A DNA stretch of 64,000 nucleotides from Acidobacteriota bacterium. Lineage in GTDB: Bacteria > Acidobacteriota > UBA6911 > RPQK01 > CBDAPI01. Numbering within the stretch: position 1 is the stretch's first letter; every line of letters starts with the position of its first letter. Below are positions 29,727 to 40,097 of the stretch, one piece after another. The notes under the pieces were generated by a model, which searched no databases, had not been told where the DNA came from, and was given only the letters and a program-made list of their open reading frames with translations. A program made the translations under genes and the position numbers. The stretch covers positions 147,987 through 211,986 of the forward strand of contig CBDCBX010000019.1 in the NCBI GenBank assembly GCA_965214465.1, given 5' to 3'.

Positions 29727-31034
29727 TGTGCCTACCAGAAACTTCATAGCCTTCATGCCGCGCCACTCGGAATCGAAGCCGAATCGATCCGGGAGCGTTT
29801 CAGCCAGTCGCTCTTCGGACCTGTTCAGGGGAAGGAAAACCAACGGCTGAAGCGAAACTAGGTGAAACGGACACAACGTTGCCAGCCTTCGCTTCCTGAT
29901 CGGAGGTTTCGGTGGATGAGCGTTCAGTCAAGCCGCCCGACGTTCGTAGCGGTTGTGGAGCCCGCTAAGAATCGGCAACGCCACTACTTTTCCCGATCCA
30001 GGCGGCTGAGTAGTCCGCGGTTGCGGGGCATCCTTTGCCAGCGCAAGATGAGTGCGCGAGCACTGATAATAGTCAAAATAACTTCTAAGAATTTGGCGCA
30101 GACCAGACTCGTTGAACACGATGAAATGATTCAAGCACTCGCGCCGAATGGACCCGATCAAGCGCTCAACGTAAAGCGATTGCCATGGACTTCTCGGAGC
30201 GATGAGGACTTCTGTCGTCCCCATTTCAGCGACGCGTTGGCGGAAGGTTTTGCCGTAGATTCGGTCACGATCCCGGAGGAGGAAGCGAGGAGCTGCATCC
30301 CAAGGAAAAGCCTCTGTGAGTTGTTGTGCCGTCCATCCAGCCGTGGGATGAGCAGTCACATTGAAATGCACCACTCGACGCCGCTCATGGGCCAGCACCA
30401 CAAAGACAAACAGAAGCTGGAAAGTTGCGGTGGGAACGACGAAGAAATCCACGGAAACCATTTGAGTGAGATGATTGGTGAGGAGGTGCGCCAGGTCTGG
30501 GAGGGCGGTTTCGTAGCACGAACCATGTACCTGGCAATCGTGGTTTCACAGACGTCGATGCCCAGCTTGAGCAGTTCGCCGTGAATTCTGGGAGCTCCCC
30601 AAAGAGGATTGGCTTGACTCATCTGCCGAATGAGGTCCCGAACTTCCTTCTGAATGGCGGGCCTCCCGGGCCGCCCAGTTCGACTCTTCCATCTCCAATA
30701 CAGTCGAAAGCCCATCCGATGCCAAGCAACGACCGTTTTCGGTCGAATAATGACCAGGGCTTGCCGCCACCCCGACCAGAACCGAGAAAGCCACACCCAG
30801 AGAAGGCGGTCGCTGTTCTGAAACCGAGGGCGCTTTCTCTCGGAACTGCTCTGCAGGATTTCGAGCTGATGGCGAAGAGCCACGATCTCCAGTTGCAGTG
30901 CCAGGCGTGTTTTGAAGCTGGAGCGGAGTAGAGTGAGGAGTGAGAACAACAAGTTGAGCATCGGCTCGGAAGGTTACCAGCGGCTGAGCTGAGCATCAAT
31001 GATTTCAAGGGCTATGAGGTTTTTGGTAGGCACA
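29727..31034 (-). mobile_element. IS481-like element (TGT...ACA ends); integrase-core transposase 29928-30961 frameshifted near 30484
   Basis: TIR TGTGCCTACCA(G/A)AAAC(T/C)TCATAGCC at both ends; one missing T splits TWRTFLTNHL. Confidence 0.85.
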
Positions 31035-31304
31035 ACGGATTGTCCGTAAATTACTGATTTATAAGTACTTTCTTTTCAAGGGCTTGTGTCGATCTGTGTG
31101 GATCTAAGTTGAGATCTGTTGATCCTGGAGGCTTTGAGCAGCTACAAGATTGACTGCACACTCCTGAGCAGACCCGCATGGATAGTTCAAGCCGAAATCG
31201 GCCATATTGAGGTATCATCAAGACGGATGGCTGTCAGTCATTGTGAGCGTATTCAGCCGACGTGATTTAGACTGGCCCAAGGTCTCAGAAAGCAAGAAGA
31301 GGAT

Positions 31305-31502
31305 TTGCCACCCAAACTGCGCGAGCTCATTTCGGAGTTGAAGAAGGCAGGATTTGTAGACCGCGGAGGGAAGGGGAGTCATCGCAACTTTGTTCATCCC
31401 CACGTGTCGCGGCCGGTGACTCTGTCGGGAAAACCAGGTGATGACGCGAAGCGGTATCAGATTCGTGCTGTGAATCTCGCACTCAAGGAACTGAAGAAAT
31501 GA
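31305..31502 (+). CDS. hicA: HicA-family toxin
   Basis: GGKGSHRNFVHP motif; ATGA overlap with hicB. Confidence 0.9.
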   Translation: MPPKLRELISELKKAGFVDRGGKGSHRNFVHPHVSRPVTLSGKPGDDAKRYQIRAVNLALKELKK

Positions 31503-31738
31503 ACGAGAGCGCCAACTACGCCAAGATTGTTGAGTGGTCGGAAGAAGATCAATGCTATGTCGGCAGTGCTCCGGGTTTGATCTACGGAGGCTGCCACGGC
31601 AGCGATGAAGCAAAAGTGTTTGAGGAGCTGCGCCGGATAGTAGAGGAAGTCATTCAGCTCTACCACCGAGACGGCAGAGAGCTACCGCCCCCGACTTCAG
31701 GCCGAGACTATGCCAACAAGATGCAGAGTGTGGGCTAG
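31499..31738 (+). CDS. hicB: HicB-family antitoxin (short form)
   Basis: IVEWSEEDQCYVGSAPGL...GCHG motif. Confidence 0.88.
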   Translation: MNESANYAKIVEWSEEDQCYVGSAPGLIYGGCHGSDEAKVFEELRRIVEEVIQLYHRDGRELPPPTSGRDYANKMQSVG

Positions 31739-31761
31739 ACCCAACCCTTGAAAAGCTGCCG

Positions 31762-31974
31762 GGTGCTTCTTCAGGCAAGTGTTGTTGGATTTCTGCAACA
31801 GCCTCTCAACACATGATTCCAACTGGATTTCCTACTCGTTTTCTGGCAACAAACATGTATGAAACGGAGCAAGAGCTCATCTCGCTGCTGTCCCAACCCC
31901 GATTGCTCCTTCAAGGGACAATCAGGAAAAGGCAACATCATCCGCCATTCCTTTTACATCACCACACAGGGTAG
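31762..31974 (+). mobile_element. 5' part of the IS1-like element (left TIR plus zinc-ribbon N-terminus from ATG 31859)
   Basis: GGTGCTTCTTCAGGCAAGTGTTGTT TIR; MKRSKSSSRCCPNPDC...ITTQG joins in frame to 13652. Confidence 0.85.
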
Positions 31975-33336
31975 AGAAGTGGACCCGGAAAACTGGACCA
32001 TTTGCTAAGGTGGCTCCGACCTGAATCAGAAAGGATGAGGAGTCATGGCAAAACGAAGGAATTTTTCAGCTCAGTTTAAAGCGAAGGTGGCGCTGGAAGC
32101 GCTGCGAGGCGAACACACGCTGAGCGAGCTGGCGGCTCGCTACGAGGTCCACCCGAATGTGATCACAAATTGGAAAAAGCGGGCCCGAGAGGGCCTGGTC
32201 GATGTGTTCGCGGGCAAAGTTGAGAAGCGTCAGAGAGGAAGCGAGGCAAAGACCAAAGAGCTTTACGCCAAGATCGGAGAGTTGACGGTGGAAAAGGATT
32301 TTTTGTCCAAAGTGCTCGATCGCTGAGCATCAAGGCCAGAAGGGCCGCGATCGAGCCGAAGCACCCGAGGCTGAGCATACGCAGACAATGCAGGCTGATG
32401 AGTCTGAACCGTTCGACTTTGTACTATGAGCCCAAGGGTGAGAGCGAAGAAAACCTGCAACTACCACGACCGCAACCCGGAGCTGGCCGATTGGATGGAG
32501 ACCAATCTGCCGGAATGAGACGACTGGACGAGCAGTTCTTAGAGACTCCCTACTACGGATCCCGGCAGATGGTCTATCACTTGAAACGGCAAGGCTACCA
32601 GGTGGGCCGCAAACGGGTTCGTCGCCTGATGGCCAAAATGGGCCTGACGGTCATCTATCCAAAGCCGCGGACCTCACAGCCGCACCCGGAGAATCGAGTG
32701 TATCCGTATCTTCTTCGAGACTTGGCGGTCAGCCGGCCCGATCAAGTGTGGTGTGCGGATGTCACCTACATCCCGATGCGTCGAGGTTTTTTGTACCTGG
32801 TGGCGATCATGGACTGGTACAGCCGCCGGGTTCTGTCCTGGAGGCTGTCGAACACGCTGGAGCCGTTCTCTTGTTGCGAGGCACTCGAGGAGGCGCTCAA
32901 CAGGTACGATCACCCGGAGATCTTCAATACGGACCAGGGGAGTCAGTTCACCAGCGCGGAGTTCACGGGACTACTCAAGGAGGCCGGGGTGCGTATCTCG
33001 ATGGACGGCAGGGGCCGCTGGATGGACAACATCTTCATCGAGCGTCTGTGGCGTTCACTCAAATACGAATGCGTCTATCTGAACGCTTTCGAAACCGGGT
33101 CGGAGGCCCGTCAAGGGATCGGCCACTGGATCAATCTATACAACAGCGAGAGACCTCACTCGGCACACAACGGAGCGACGCCCGAAGAGGTGTACACTGG
33201 CTTGGACAAGAAATCTGAGTGGGGCCTCGCCCTCGGGCTTATCCCCTCTCAGAATTCCCCTGACTGGCGGCAACAAGAACTACGGAGTCCACCTTAGAAA
33301 TGCCGCCGAGTGGTCCAGTTAATGGGGTCCACCTCT
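31975..33336 (+). mobile_element. IS3-family element, copy 2 (orfA 32045-32326; orfB to 33297 with a net 51-bp in-frame insert)
   Basis: Near-identical to 12338-13648 except for the insert at 32463-32514. Confidence 0.92.
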
Positions 33337-33717
33337 TACTTCAACACGGCCTATGCTCCCAAGACCCTCTTCTCACACCCTTACTATGGAGCGGCGCGGG
33401 TGAATGATGACGTCGGTTTCCTGGGCCGGACCCACGTCTATCGGTTCCACATCACCGATCCCGTCTACTTTGATGAGTCTCTGCTCTTCAGTATTGAACA
33501 CGGGCACAACAACAGCCTGACCCTGGACCTGGCCTCGGTCGCCTATTGGTATCAGAGGGAGCCTCACAAGGTGTTTCCCCCCTTGGTCAGTAGAGCACAA
33601 CGGCAGCCCAAGCGATTCATCAGTCCCCGGGACATCCACATATGGAGACAGGAATGGCGCAAGAGCCAGGGTGGAGGGAGCACTCTGTGGGGGAATGAAA
33701 GAAAGCCCAGGAGGTAG
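33337..33717 (+). pseudogene. DUF2961/GH172-like glycoside hydrolase 3' remnant, truncated by IS3
   Basis: YRFHITDPVYF...SIEHGHNN...SVAYWYQ motif. Confidence 0.75.
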
Positions 33718-33776
33718 TGCGGGCTGTGGATTGTTGAACCTTTAGAGTGGTGGACTATGAACGCAGGAGTCGATAT

Positions 33777-35303
33777 CTACGGCTTGCGTGCAGGTCGCCT
33801 CGCGGAGTCCGGCGGCTCGTCGACCTTCCAGCCCGGGGTCTGGATGCGACCGTAGTAGGGATAGTAGTCCCAGGGCGCGGGCTTGCCCAGGACTCGAGGG
33901 TCTCCGGTACTGGCCAGGTATTGCATCAAGCGCTGGCGTAACGCCTCTTTGTCTTCCAGATAGCCGGCTTGCGCAGCCACATTCTTCAGTTGACCGGGGT
34001 CGACCCTGAGATCGTACAGTTCTTCGGAGGGTCGTTTTGCAAACGCGAGTTGGAAGAACTCCCGAACTGAATCCTGCCCGGCATTCTCCATCAGGAAGGT
34101 CTTGGTCGGTGAAGGGTCAACCTCGCCGTAGGGAAGAGCCCGTGCACAGTTTCGGGCATCCGGATCGCCCGACGGCCAGCGTTCCGGGGTGAAGTTGCGG
34201 ACGTACAAGCAGTCCTGAGTTCGCAAAGCGCGAGAGGGGTATCCCTTCCCGCCCTTGCGAGCGCCGTCGTGACGTTCCATGGCGAAAAAGGCTTGGTCAC
34301 GGCCAGGGTCGAGTTGTCCTGATTCCGTGGCCAGCAGCGTTTGCATGAGGCTGCGGCCGGTCATGTCGGACGGGGGCACCAGGCCTGCAGCTTCCAGAAA
34401 GGTAGGCGCCAGATCACTCAAACTCACCAGGTCGTCTACGACCCGGTTGGGGGAGATCTTGCCCGGCCAGCGCAGGGCCAGCGGAGCACGCGAACCATAA
34501 TCGTAAAGGCTGGCCTTGGCACGGGGAAACGGCATGCCGTGGTCGCTGGTCACAACCACGAGGGTGTTCTGGAGCCGCCCCTCCTCTTGCAGCAGTTCGA
34601 GCGCCGATCCCACCTTCCGGTCGAACCTCTCAATCTCCATGTAGTAATCCAGGATATCGCCGCGAACGACGTCATTGTCGGGGAGATGGGGAGGTACGTG
34701 CACGTCCTGCAGCCGCTTCCCCGAGGCGACTCCGGCGTCCTTCGCAAATGGGCGGTGAGGATCGGAGCTACCCAGCCAGAAAGCAAAGGGTTTGCCTGGA
34801 GGAAGGGTTTCCAGAAAGGTTTCAAAATCTTTGAACCTGGGCCCGGCCGGGTTGACGGTTCGCCCTCCCGGTTCCAGCTTGCCCGGTGCCCAGCCCTTGC
34901 TCGTATGCCCGATCGCATAGCCGCTCTTTTCCAGCAGTTCGGGGTAGACCTGGAACTCGCCGGGCAGCGTGCTGTGGAGGTTCCCGCCCTCTTTCAATCG
35001 CCACACGTGCTGGCCGGTCAGTATGGCGCTGCGAGAAGGCATGCAGGAGGGAGAATCAGCGAAGGCATGAGTGAAGAGAACCCCTTCTCGAGCCATCCGG
35101 TCAAAAGTTGGAGTTTCGACCACGGGGTCCCCACCGGCTCCCGTATGCAGCCAGGATTGATCGTCCGAGATGCAGAGAAGGATGTTGGGTGGTGGCTGGG
35201 GTTGGGCCGGTGGCTCTGCAGGTGAGCAGCCCAGAGAAAGTAGAGCCAGCACTGCCGCCGGGCGGAGCATCTTGTTCGCCGTCATTCCAATCGTTGAGAA
35301 CAT
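33777..35303 (-). CDS. Sulfatase (S1, sulfamidase-like), probable lipoprotein
   Basis: NILLCISDD, CMPSRSAILTG formylglycine motif, VTSDHG; start 35303, 35285 or 35270. Confidence 0.9.
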   Translation of the reverse strand: MFSTIGMTANKMLRPAAVLALLSLGCSPAEPPAQPQPPPNILLCISDDQSWLHTGAGGDPVVETPTFDRMAREGVLFTHAFADSPSCMPSRSAILTGQHVWRLKEGGNLHSTLPGEFQVYPELLEKSGYAIGHTSKGWAPGKLEPGGRTVNPAGPRFKDFETFLETLPPGKPFAFWLGSSDPHRPFAKDAGVASGKRLQDVHVPPHLPDNDVVRGDILDYYMEIERFDRKVGSALELLQEEGRLQNTLVVVTSDHGMPFPRAKASLYDYGSRAPLALRWPGKISPNRVVDDLVSLSDLAPTFLEAAGLVPPSDMTGRSLMQTLLATESGQLDPGRDQAFFAMERHDGARKGGKGYPSRALRTQDCLYVRNFTPERWPSGDPDARNCARALPYGEVDPSPTKTFLMENAGQDSVREFFQLAFAKRPSEELYDLRVDPGQLKNVAAQAGYLEDKEALRQRLMQYLASTGDPRVLGKPAPWDYYPYYGRIQTPGWKVDEPPDSARRPARKP

Positions 35304-35459
35304 CGATAAGGCAAAGTATCCTGACCTTCGACCACGCGTCAAGGTGTGGTTTTCCAGCTGGCAGGGCTTTGCCGTTGCGAGGGAGATTGTGCCATCCGGC
35401 TTCGTTCGGCACGCCAGATCGGCGTGCCGAACAGGGCACCGTAATGCTAAGCTGCCCAA

Positions 35460-36332
35460 ATGGGGACAAATAGGATTACCTTCGCCCTCTTCGTTGTTCT
35501 TCTGACTCTGTGCACGGTTTCAGGAGTGTGTCAGAAGTCGAGATCCGAGGACAGTCCCTTCAGATTCATTCCGGAAGCTGAAGGCCGTCGCCAGGTGTTC
35601 ATCGAAGCGGTGGACCATGATTTCCGCTGGCGGCTGCGGATACCGGAACGGGTCTTCTGTGACGAGGGAGTACTGGTCGGGCACGACATTCGAGCCGTGC
35701 ACACTCCGGTCCAGTGGACTCGGGAAGAAAACGGTGTACTCGTCTACCGGCGCAGCAATCGCGACGACACTGCCAGCGGAAAGCAGGCCCACGAAATTGA
35801 GTATGAGCTTCGAATTACACCGGCCAGCTTCGGCGCCTCTTTGAGACTTGTGTTTAAGAACCTGGGCGAGAAGACTCTTCACAACCTGACCGGGCATGTC
35901 TGCCTGGGCCATCGCTCTGCACCCTTTCGCGATCCTGAGTACCAGAGGAGCTACATACGGCAGGAAGGCGATTTTCTGAACCTGGGAGAAACCGACCGCG
36001 GAAGTAATCCGATCCGGACCCACTACCGGATCAAAGACCATCAGGCAATCAAGATTTTCGATAACACCACGAACCGATTCTGGGGTTCACTGTCACCGGA
36101 GATTGCTGACAGTGGACTGATCCTGACACGCTCGGCGGAAGGCGATTACCTGGCCGCCCTCTGGTTTGATCCCGCCGCAGAGCTCTTTCACAACTGCGAT
36201 GACAGCAACATGTGCATCCACAGCGATCCGACTTATGGAGACCTGGCTCCCGGAGCTTCTGTGACGGTTGAGGGCAGATTGATTCTGTTCAGGGGAAGTT
36301 TGGAAGAGTTTGAGGCGCAGTACCTCAACTAG
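35460..36332 (+). CDS. Secreted hypothetical protein
   Basis: Signal peptide; the stop codon lies in the CTAG target of MITE copy 2. Confidence 0.7.
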   Translation: MGTNRITFALFVVLLTLCTVSGVCQKSRSEDSPFRFIPEAEGRRQVFIEAVDHDFRWRLRIPERVFCDEGVLVGHDIRAVHTPVQWTREENGVLVYRRSNRDDTASGKQAHEIEYELRITPASFGASLRLVFKNLGEKTLHNLTGHVCLGHRSAPFRDPEYQRSYIRQEGDFLNLGETDRGSNPIRTHYRIKDHQAIKIFDNTTNRFWGSLSPEIADSGLILTRSAEGDYLAALWFDPAAELFHNCDDSNMCIHSDPTYGDLAPGASVTVEGRLILFRGSLEEFEAQYLN

Positions 36333-36489
36333 TGTACTGTCCGGGAAGTTCGCGGCGTTAATTCGGGATGGATTTTCGTCGTCAGTGAGGCGCGCGACGC
36401 AGGAATGCCGGGAGTCTTTCGAGGTAGCGCAACAAAGCTGTCGGCGAAAAGACGCCCGAAGTAGCGGCGTGAACTTTCCGGACAGTGCA
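36333..36489. mobile_element. 157-bp MITE-like structured element, copy 2
   Basis: Homologous to 11836-11991; CTAG at 36329-36332 and 36490-36493. Confidence 0.85.
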
Positions 36490-36540
36490 CTAGGCGCGTT
36501 CCAAGTCTTCAAGGACGGTTGAAACTGAAACGGAGAGGCC

Positions 36541-36933
36541 TCAGGAAGTGGTCTGGAGAGGCTCCCGTTCTCCTCGGATATAGCGGATCACATCGACGGT
36601 GTCGATGATCAGGGAAAGTGAGTTAATGATGATTACCGCCAGCAGCCAGTAGCGGAAGACGCTGCCCTGAGGAGCCGCCTCCATACGGGTCCACAGCCAC
36701 CACACCATGGGAAGCCAGAGCAGGTGTCCGATTCCCAGGAGGCGGACGAATCCCCGGCTCGAAAAAATGGCTGTCTGGAAGAGGCCACCGAGCATCAGGG
36801 CGGCCAGGACCACCTTCCCCTCCGGGCTCGACCAGTAAAGCAGGCCGGGGACAAAGTTGATTCCGAACAAGAGCATCACCCAGGCAACCCAGGGTTTGGG
36901 CATGCTCAGGACCGCTCGAGGAAAGCCAAGCAT
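36541..36933 (-). CDS. Small multi-pass membrane protein
   Basis: SD AGGAGG directly before ATG 36933; about 4 TM segments. Confidence 0.7.
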   Translation of the reverse strand: MLGFPRAVLSMPKPWVAWVMLLFGINFVPGLLYWSSPEGKVVLAALMLGGLFQTAIFSSRGFVRLLGIGHLLWLPMVWWLWTRMEAAPQGSVFRYWLLAVIIINSLSLIIDTVDVIRYIRGEREPLQTTS

Positions 36934-37001
36934 CCTCCTGACTTTACCAACTTCGAGGGCTGCGGGGTAGGGGAGAGTGGGTTGTGGTAGACTGCCGTCC
37001 C

Positions 37002-38138
37002 GTGAAATCCCCAACAAGACTTTTTCTGTTGAGTTTGCTGGCAGGCGTGTTTCTGCTGGTTGGTTGTAATGGTGCTCCGAAGGTTGAAGAAGCGACCTCG
37101 GTGGAGCCCGCCACCCAATTGTACTTTCCTCCAGATTCCGGAGAATGGGAGCGGATTGACCCCGTCTCGGCCGGCTGGGATCCGGAGGCTCTTGAGGCTC
37201 TGCTCGACTACGCAGAGAAGCAGCGCTCCAGTGGTGTCGTCATCCTGCTCCAGGGACGCATTCTGGCCGAACGCTACTGGGAGGTGGAGACGCCCCCGGA
37301 TGTCGTCGACTACAGCGCACTGATTGCGGGAAGAGATGAGAGCGGCCAGGTCATTGAAGATGTGATGTCGATCCAGAAGAGCGTGATCGCCTTTCTGGCT
37401 GGTGTGGCCGAGAGAAAGGGTCTTCTCGATATCGAGCAGCCGGCCTCGAAATACCTCGGCCAGGGATGGTCCCAGGCGACGCCGGAGCAGGAGGCGCAGA
37501 TCGAAGTCCGTAATCTCATGTCGATGGCCAGTGGCCTGGATGAAGATCTGGCCTACATGGGCACACCCGGCGAACTCTACATGTACAACACTCCGGCCTA
37601 CAGCCGTACCGTTACGGTTCTGGAGAGGGCCACCGGCATGGACGTGAACGAGTACACATCTCAGTGGCTGACCTCTCTGACCGGTATGGAGGACAGCCGC
37701 TGGTGGACACGTCCGGGGGAAGTCATGTCCCCCTGGGCCAATGTGATCGGTTTCGTGACCACGGCCCGGGATCTGGCTCGTTTCGGGCTGCTCATGCAGG
37801 CACGGGGAAACTGGGCCGGCCAGGATCTCCTTCAGAACCCCGACTGCTTTGAGCGAATGCTCTCTCCCTCCACTGTGGTCAACCCTTCCTACGGGTTCTT
37901 CTGGTGGCTGAACGGAGGAGCCCGGTGGGTCATGGGGCGACAGAACACCGAAGCCAGGGAGGGATCGCTCGTCCCGCCGGCTCCTGACGATCTCTTCGCG
38001 GGACTGGGTGCGCTCGGCCGCAAGGTTTACGTTGTTCCCAGCCTGGGGATTGTGTTCACGCGGCTGGGCGACGAGCCTCACGAAGAAGCCTTCAGTAACG
38101 AGCTCTGGAAGCGTCTGATGAAGGCAGTTCCGAAGTAG
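37002..38138 (+). CDS. Serine hydrolase (beta-lactamase class C-like) lipoprotein
   Basis: Lipobox LLVGC, SIQK (SxxK), YMYN, TTARDLARFG, YGFFWW. Confidence 0.85.
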   Translation: MKSPTRLFLLSLLAGVFLLVGCNGAPKVEEATSVEPATQLYFPPDSGEWERIDPVSAGWDPEALEALLDYAEKQRSSGVVILLQGRILAERYWEVETPPDVVDYSALIAGRDESGQVIEDVMSIQKSVIAFLAGVAERKGLLDIEQPASKYLGQGWSQATPEQEAQIEVRNLMSMASGLDEDLAYMGTPGELYMYNTPAYSRTVTVLERATGMDVNEYTSQWLTSLTGMEDSRWWTRPGEVMSPWANVIGFVTTARDLARFGLLMQARGNWAGQDLLQNPDCFERMLSPSTVVNPSYGFFWWLNGGARWVMGRQNTEAREGSLVPPAPDDLFAGLGALGRKVYVVPSLGIVFTRLGDEPHEEAFSNELWKRLMKAVPK

Positions 38139-38168
38139 GAGGATCCTCCGGTCCGATCAAGATCTTCT

Positions 38169-38227
38169 CGTAGAGGCCGGTCTTGTGCCGGCCTGTTTGG
38201 CGGGCGACCACAAGGGTCGCCCCTACG
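38169..38227. repeat. Inverted GTAG-type REP doublet between convergent genes
   Basis: GTAG-AGGCCGG-TCTTGTG-CCGGCCT and, on the minus strand, GTAG-GGGCGAC-CCTTGTG-GTCGCCC. Confidence 0.75.
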
Positions 38228-38307
38228 GGCCGATCAGATCGCCGCATGGAAACGGTTCCCACTCTGGGGTTCTGATCACTGCTCAGTGAACCGGGAGAAT
38301 CCTGGAG

Positions 38308-39894
38308 TCAAGGCTCTTCACGAACCGTGGGATACTCGATCCCCAGCTGTTCCAGGTAAGTGCTGTAGCGGGTTGGATCGAAGTAGTGCTTCTCCAACTC
38401 CGGCCGGTACTTTTCCATGATCTCCCGATTCAGATGGACAGCGGGCTTGTCCTGGGCAGAGATAAAGGGCTCGTAGGTATCGCTCTCGCCCTGCTCTTCG
38501 TCAAAGTACTTCCTGGCTTCTTTCAGGATCTCTGGATTCAGCAAGAGATCCAGTGTGGTCAGGGCCATAACCTTGGCACCGGCTGTGGCGCCCTTGTGAG
38601 CGATCGGTGTGGCCATCGCCACGGCGTTTGACCAGTGATGGCCCGGAAGGCCGGGAATGTTAGAAGGGAAGCGAAAGTTGATGGTTGGGACCGTCCAGGA
38701 AATGTCGCCAATGTCGTCCGATCCACCCCCCAGGTTGGGGCCCTGTGGGGGGGAAGGCTCCGGAGACAACTCGGTGGGCATCCCTCGAACCTTGGGGTTG
38801 CCGAGTTCCCGCTGCAGCGCTTTGGCCAGCGTCTGGTCCTCTTCGCTCCATTCGGGCAAGCCAACCGTCTTGATGTTTTCATACATGGCCAGGGCGATGG
38901 GCTTGTTGAAATGACGGGGCCAGGCCGAACCCAGGATGCGCCAGTCCACTTCGGTATCCGTCATCTGAGCTGCGCCGGCGGCCATCCGGTTTCCAATCTC
39001 GAACATACTCTTGATGTGGGCGTAGTCAATCTCCCGGAAGAAGTACCAGACCGAGGCAACCGACGGAACCACGTTGGGCTGGTCGCCCCCGTTGGGGATG
39101 ACGTAGTGGGTCCGCTGCGACAGGCGCAGGTGCTCGCGTCGGAAGTTCCAGCCGATATTCATCAATTCGACCGCATCCAGAGCGCTGCGCCCGCGCCAGG
39201 GGGCGCCGGCAGAGTGGGCAGAGTCTCCCTGAAAGGTATATTCCACGGATATGAGGCCGCTACCCCTTCCGAGACCATAGGAAACATCGAGGTTGTTGCC
39301 GACGTGGGTGAACAAGACGGCATCCACGTCCTTGAAGAGCCCGTCGCGAACAAAATAGGCCTTGGATCCGAGTTGCTCTTCCGCCACCCCGGGCCAGAGC
39401 ATCAGAGTCCCGGGAATCTGTTCCCGTTCCATGAGTCTCTTGAGGACCAGTGCCGCTGACACATTGACCGCCTGCCCGGAATTGTGACCTTCACCGTGAC
39501 CGGGCGCCCCTTCCACGATGGGATCGTGATAGGCGACTCCCGGCTTCTGGGAAGCTTTGGGAATGCAGTCGATATCGCTCCCAAAGGCAATGACGGGATG
39601 ACCGTTTCCCCAGCGGGCTACCCAGGCAGTGGGCATGGCGGAGACGCCTTCCGTTACTTCAAACCCGTTTCGGCGCAGGATGGAGGTGATGTAAGCCGAC
39701 GTTTCCAGCTCCTGGAATCCCAGTTCGCTGAAGCTGAAGATCATGTCGACCATTTGCTGCGTCAGGGTACGCATGCCTTCCAACTGATCGACCGCTTCCT
39801 GTTTGAGCGGCTGCAGCTTCTCACTGGCCGCCCCAGCAGTGGCAAGACTCGTGCACCAGAACAAGACCATCCAGAAGCGCAACAGATTCTTCAT
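38308..39894 (-). CDS. M20 amidohydrolase (AbgB-like), secreted
   Basis: GHGEGHN, PGVAEE, SAHSAGAPW and GGSDDIGD motifs. Confidence 0.88.
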   Translation of the reverse strand: MKNLLRFWMVLFWCTSLATAGAASEKLQPLKQEAVDQLEGMRTLTQQMVDMIFSFSELGFQELETSAYITSILRRNGFEVTEGVSAMPTAWVARWGNGHPVIAFGSDIDCIPKASQKPGVAYHDPIVEGAPGHGEGHNSGQAVNVSAALVLKRLMEREQIPGTLMLWPGVAEEQLGSKAYFVRDGLFKDVDAVLFTHVGNNLDVSYGLGRGSGLISVEYTFQGDSAHSAGAPWRGRSALDAVELMNIGWNFRREHLRLSQRTHYVIPNGGDQPNVVPSVASVWYFFREIDYAHIKSMFEIGNRMAAGAAQMTDTEVDWRILGSAWPRHFNKPIALAMYENIKTVGLPEWSEEDQTLAKALQRELGNPKVRGMPTELSPEPSPPQGPNLGGGSDDIGDISWTVPTINFRFPSNIPGLPGHHWSNAVAMATPIAHKGATAGAKVMALTTLDLLLNPEILKEARKYFDEEQGESDTYEPFISAQDKPAVHLNREIMEKYRPELEKHYFDPTRYSTYLEQLGIEYPTVREEP

Positions 39895-40097
39895 GTGTCT
39901 TTCCTTTTAAGGCGAATCTAGCTTGATCCTGCAGCAGGCGAGCCCTTGCAGCAGCGACCTGCGCCCGCGGTCCTGATGGCGGGCTTCCATCCCAATTCTT
40001 CTTCGCCGCTCGTTACCCAACCGATAGACCCTCTTCCCGTTTTGTGGTAAACAAAGATCCAAGATCTTACTTTACCAGCTGCATCGAGGTGTCTCCC

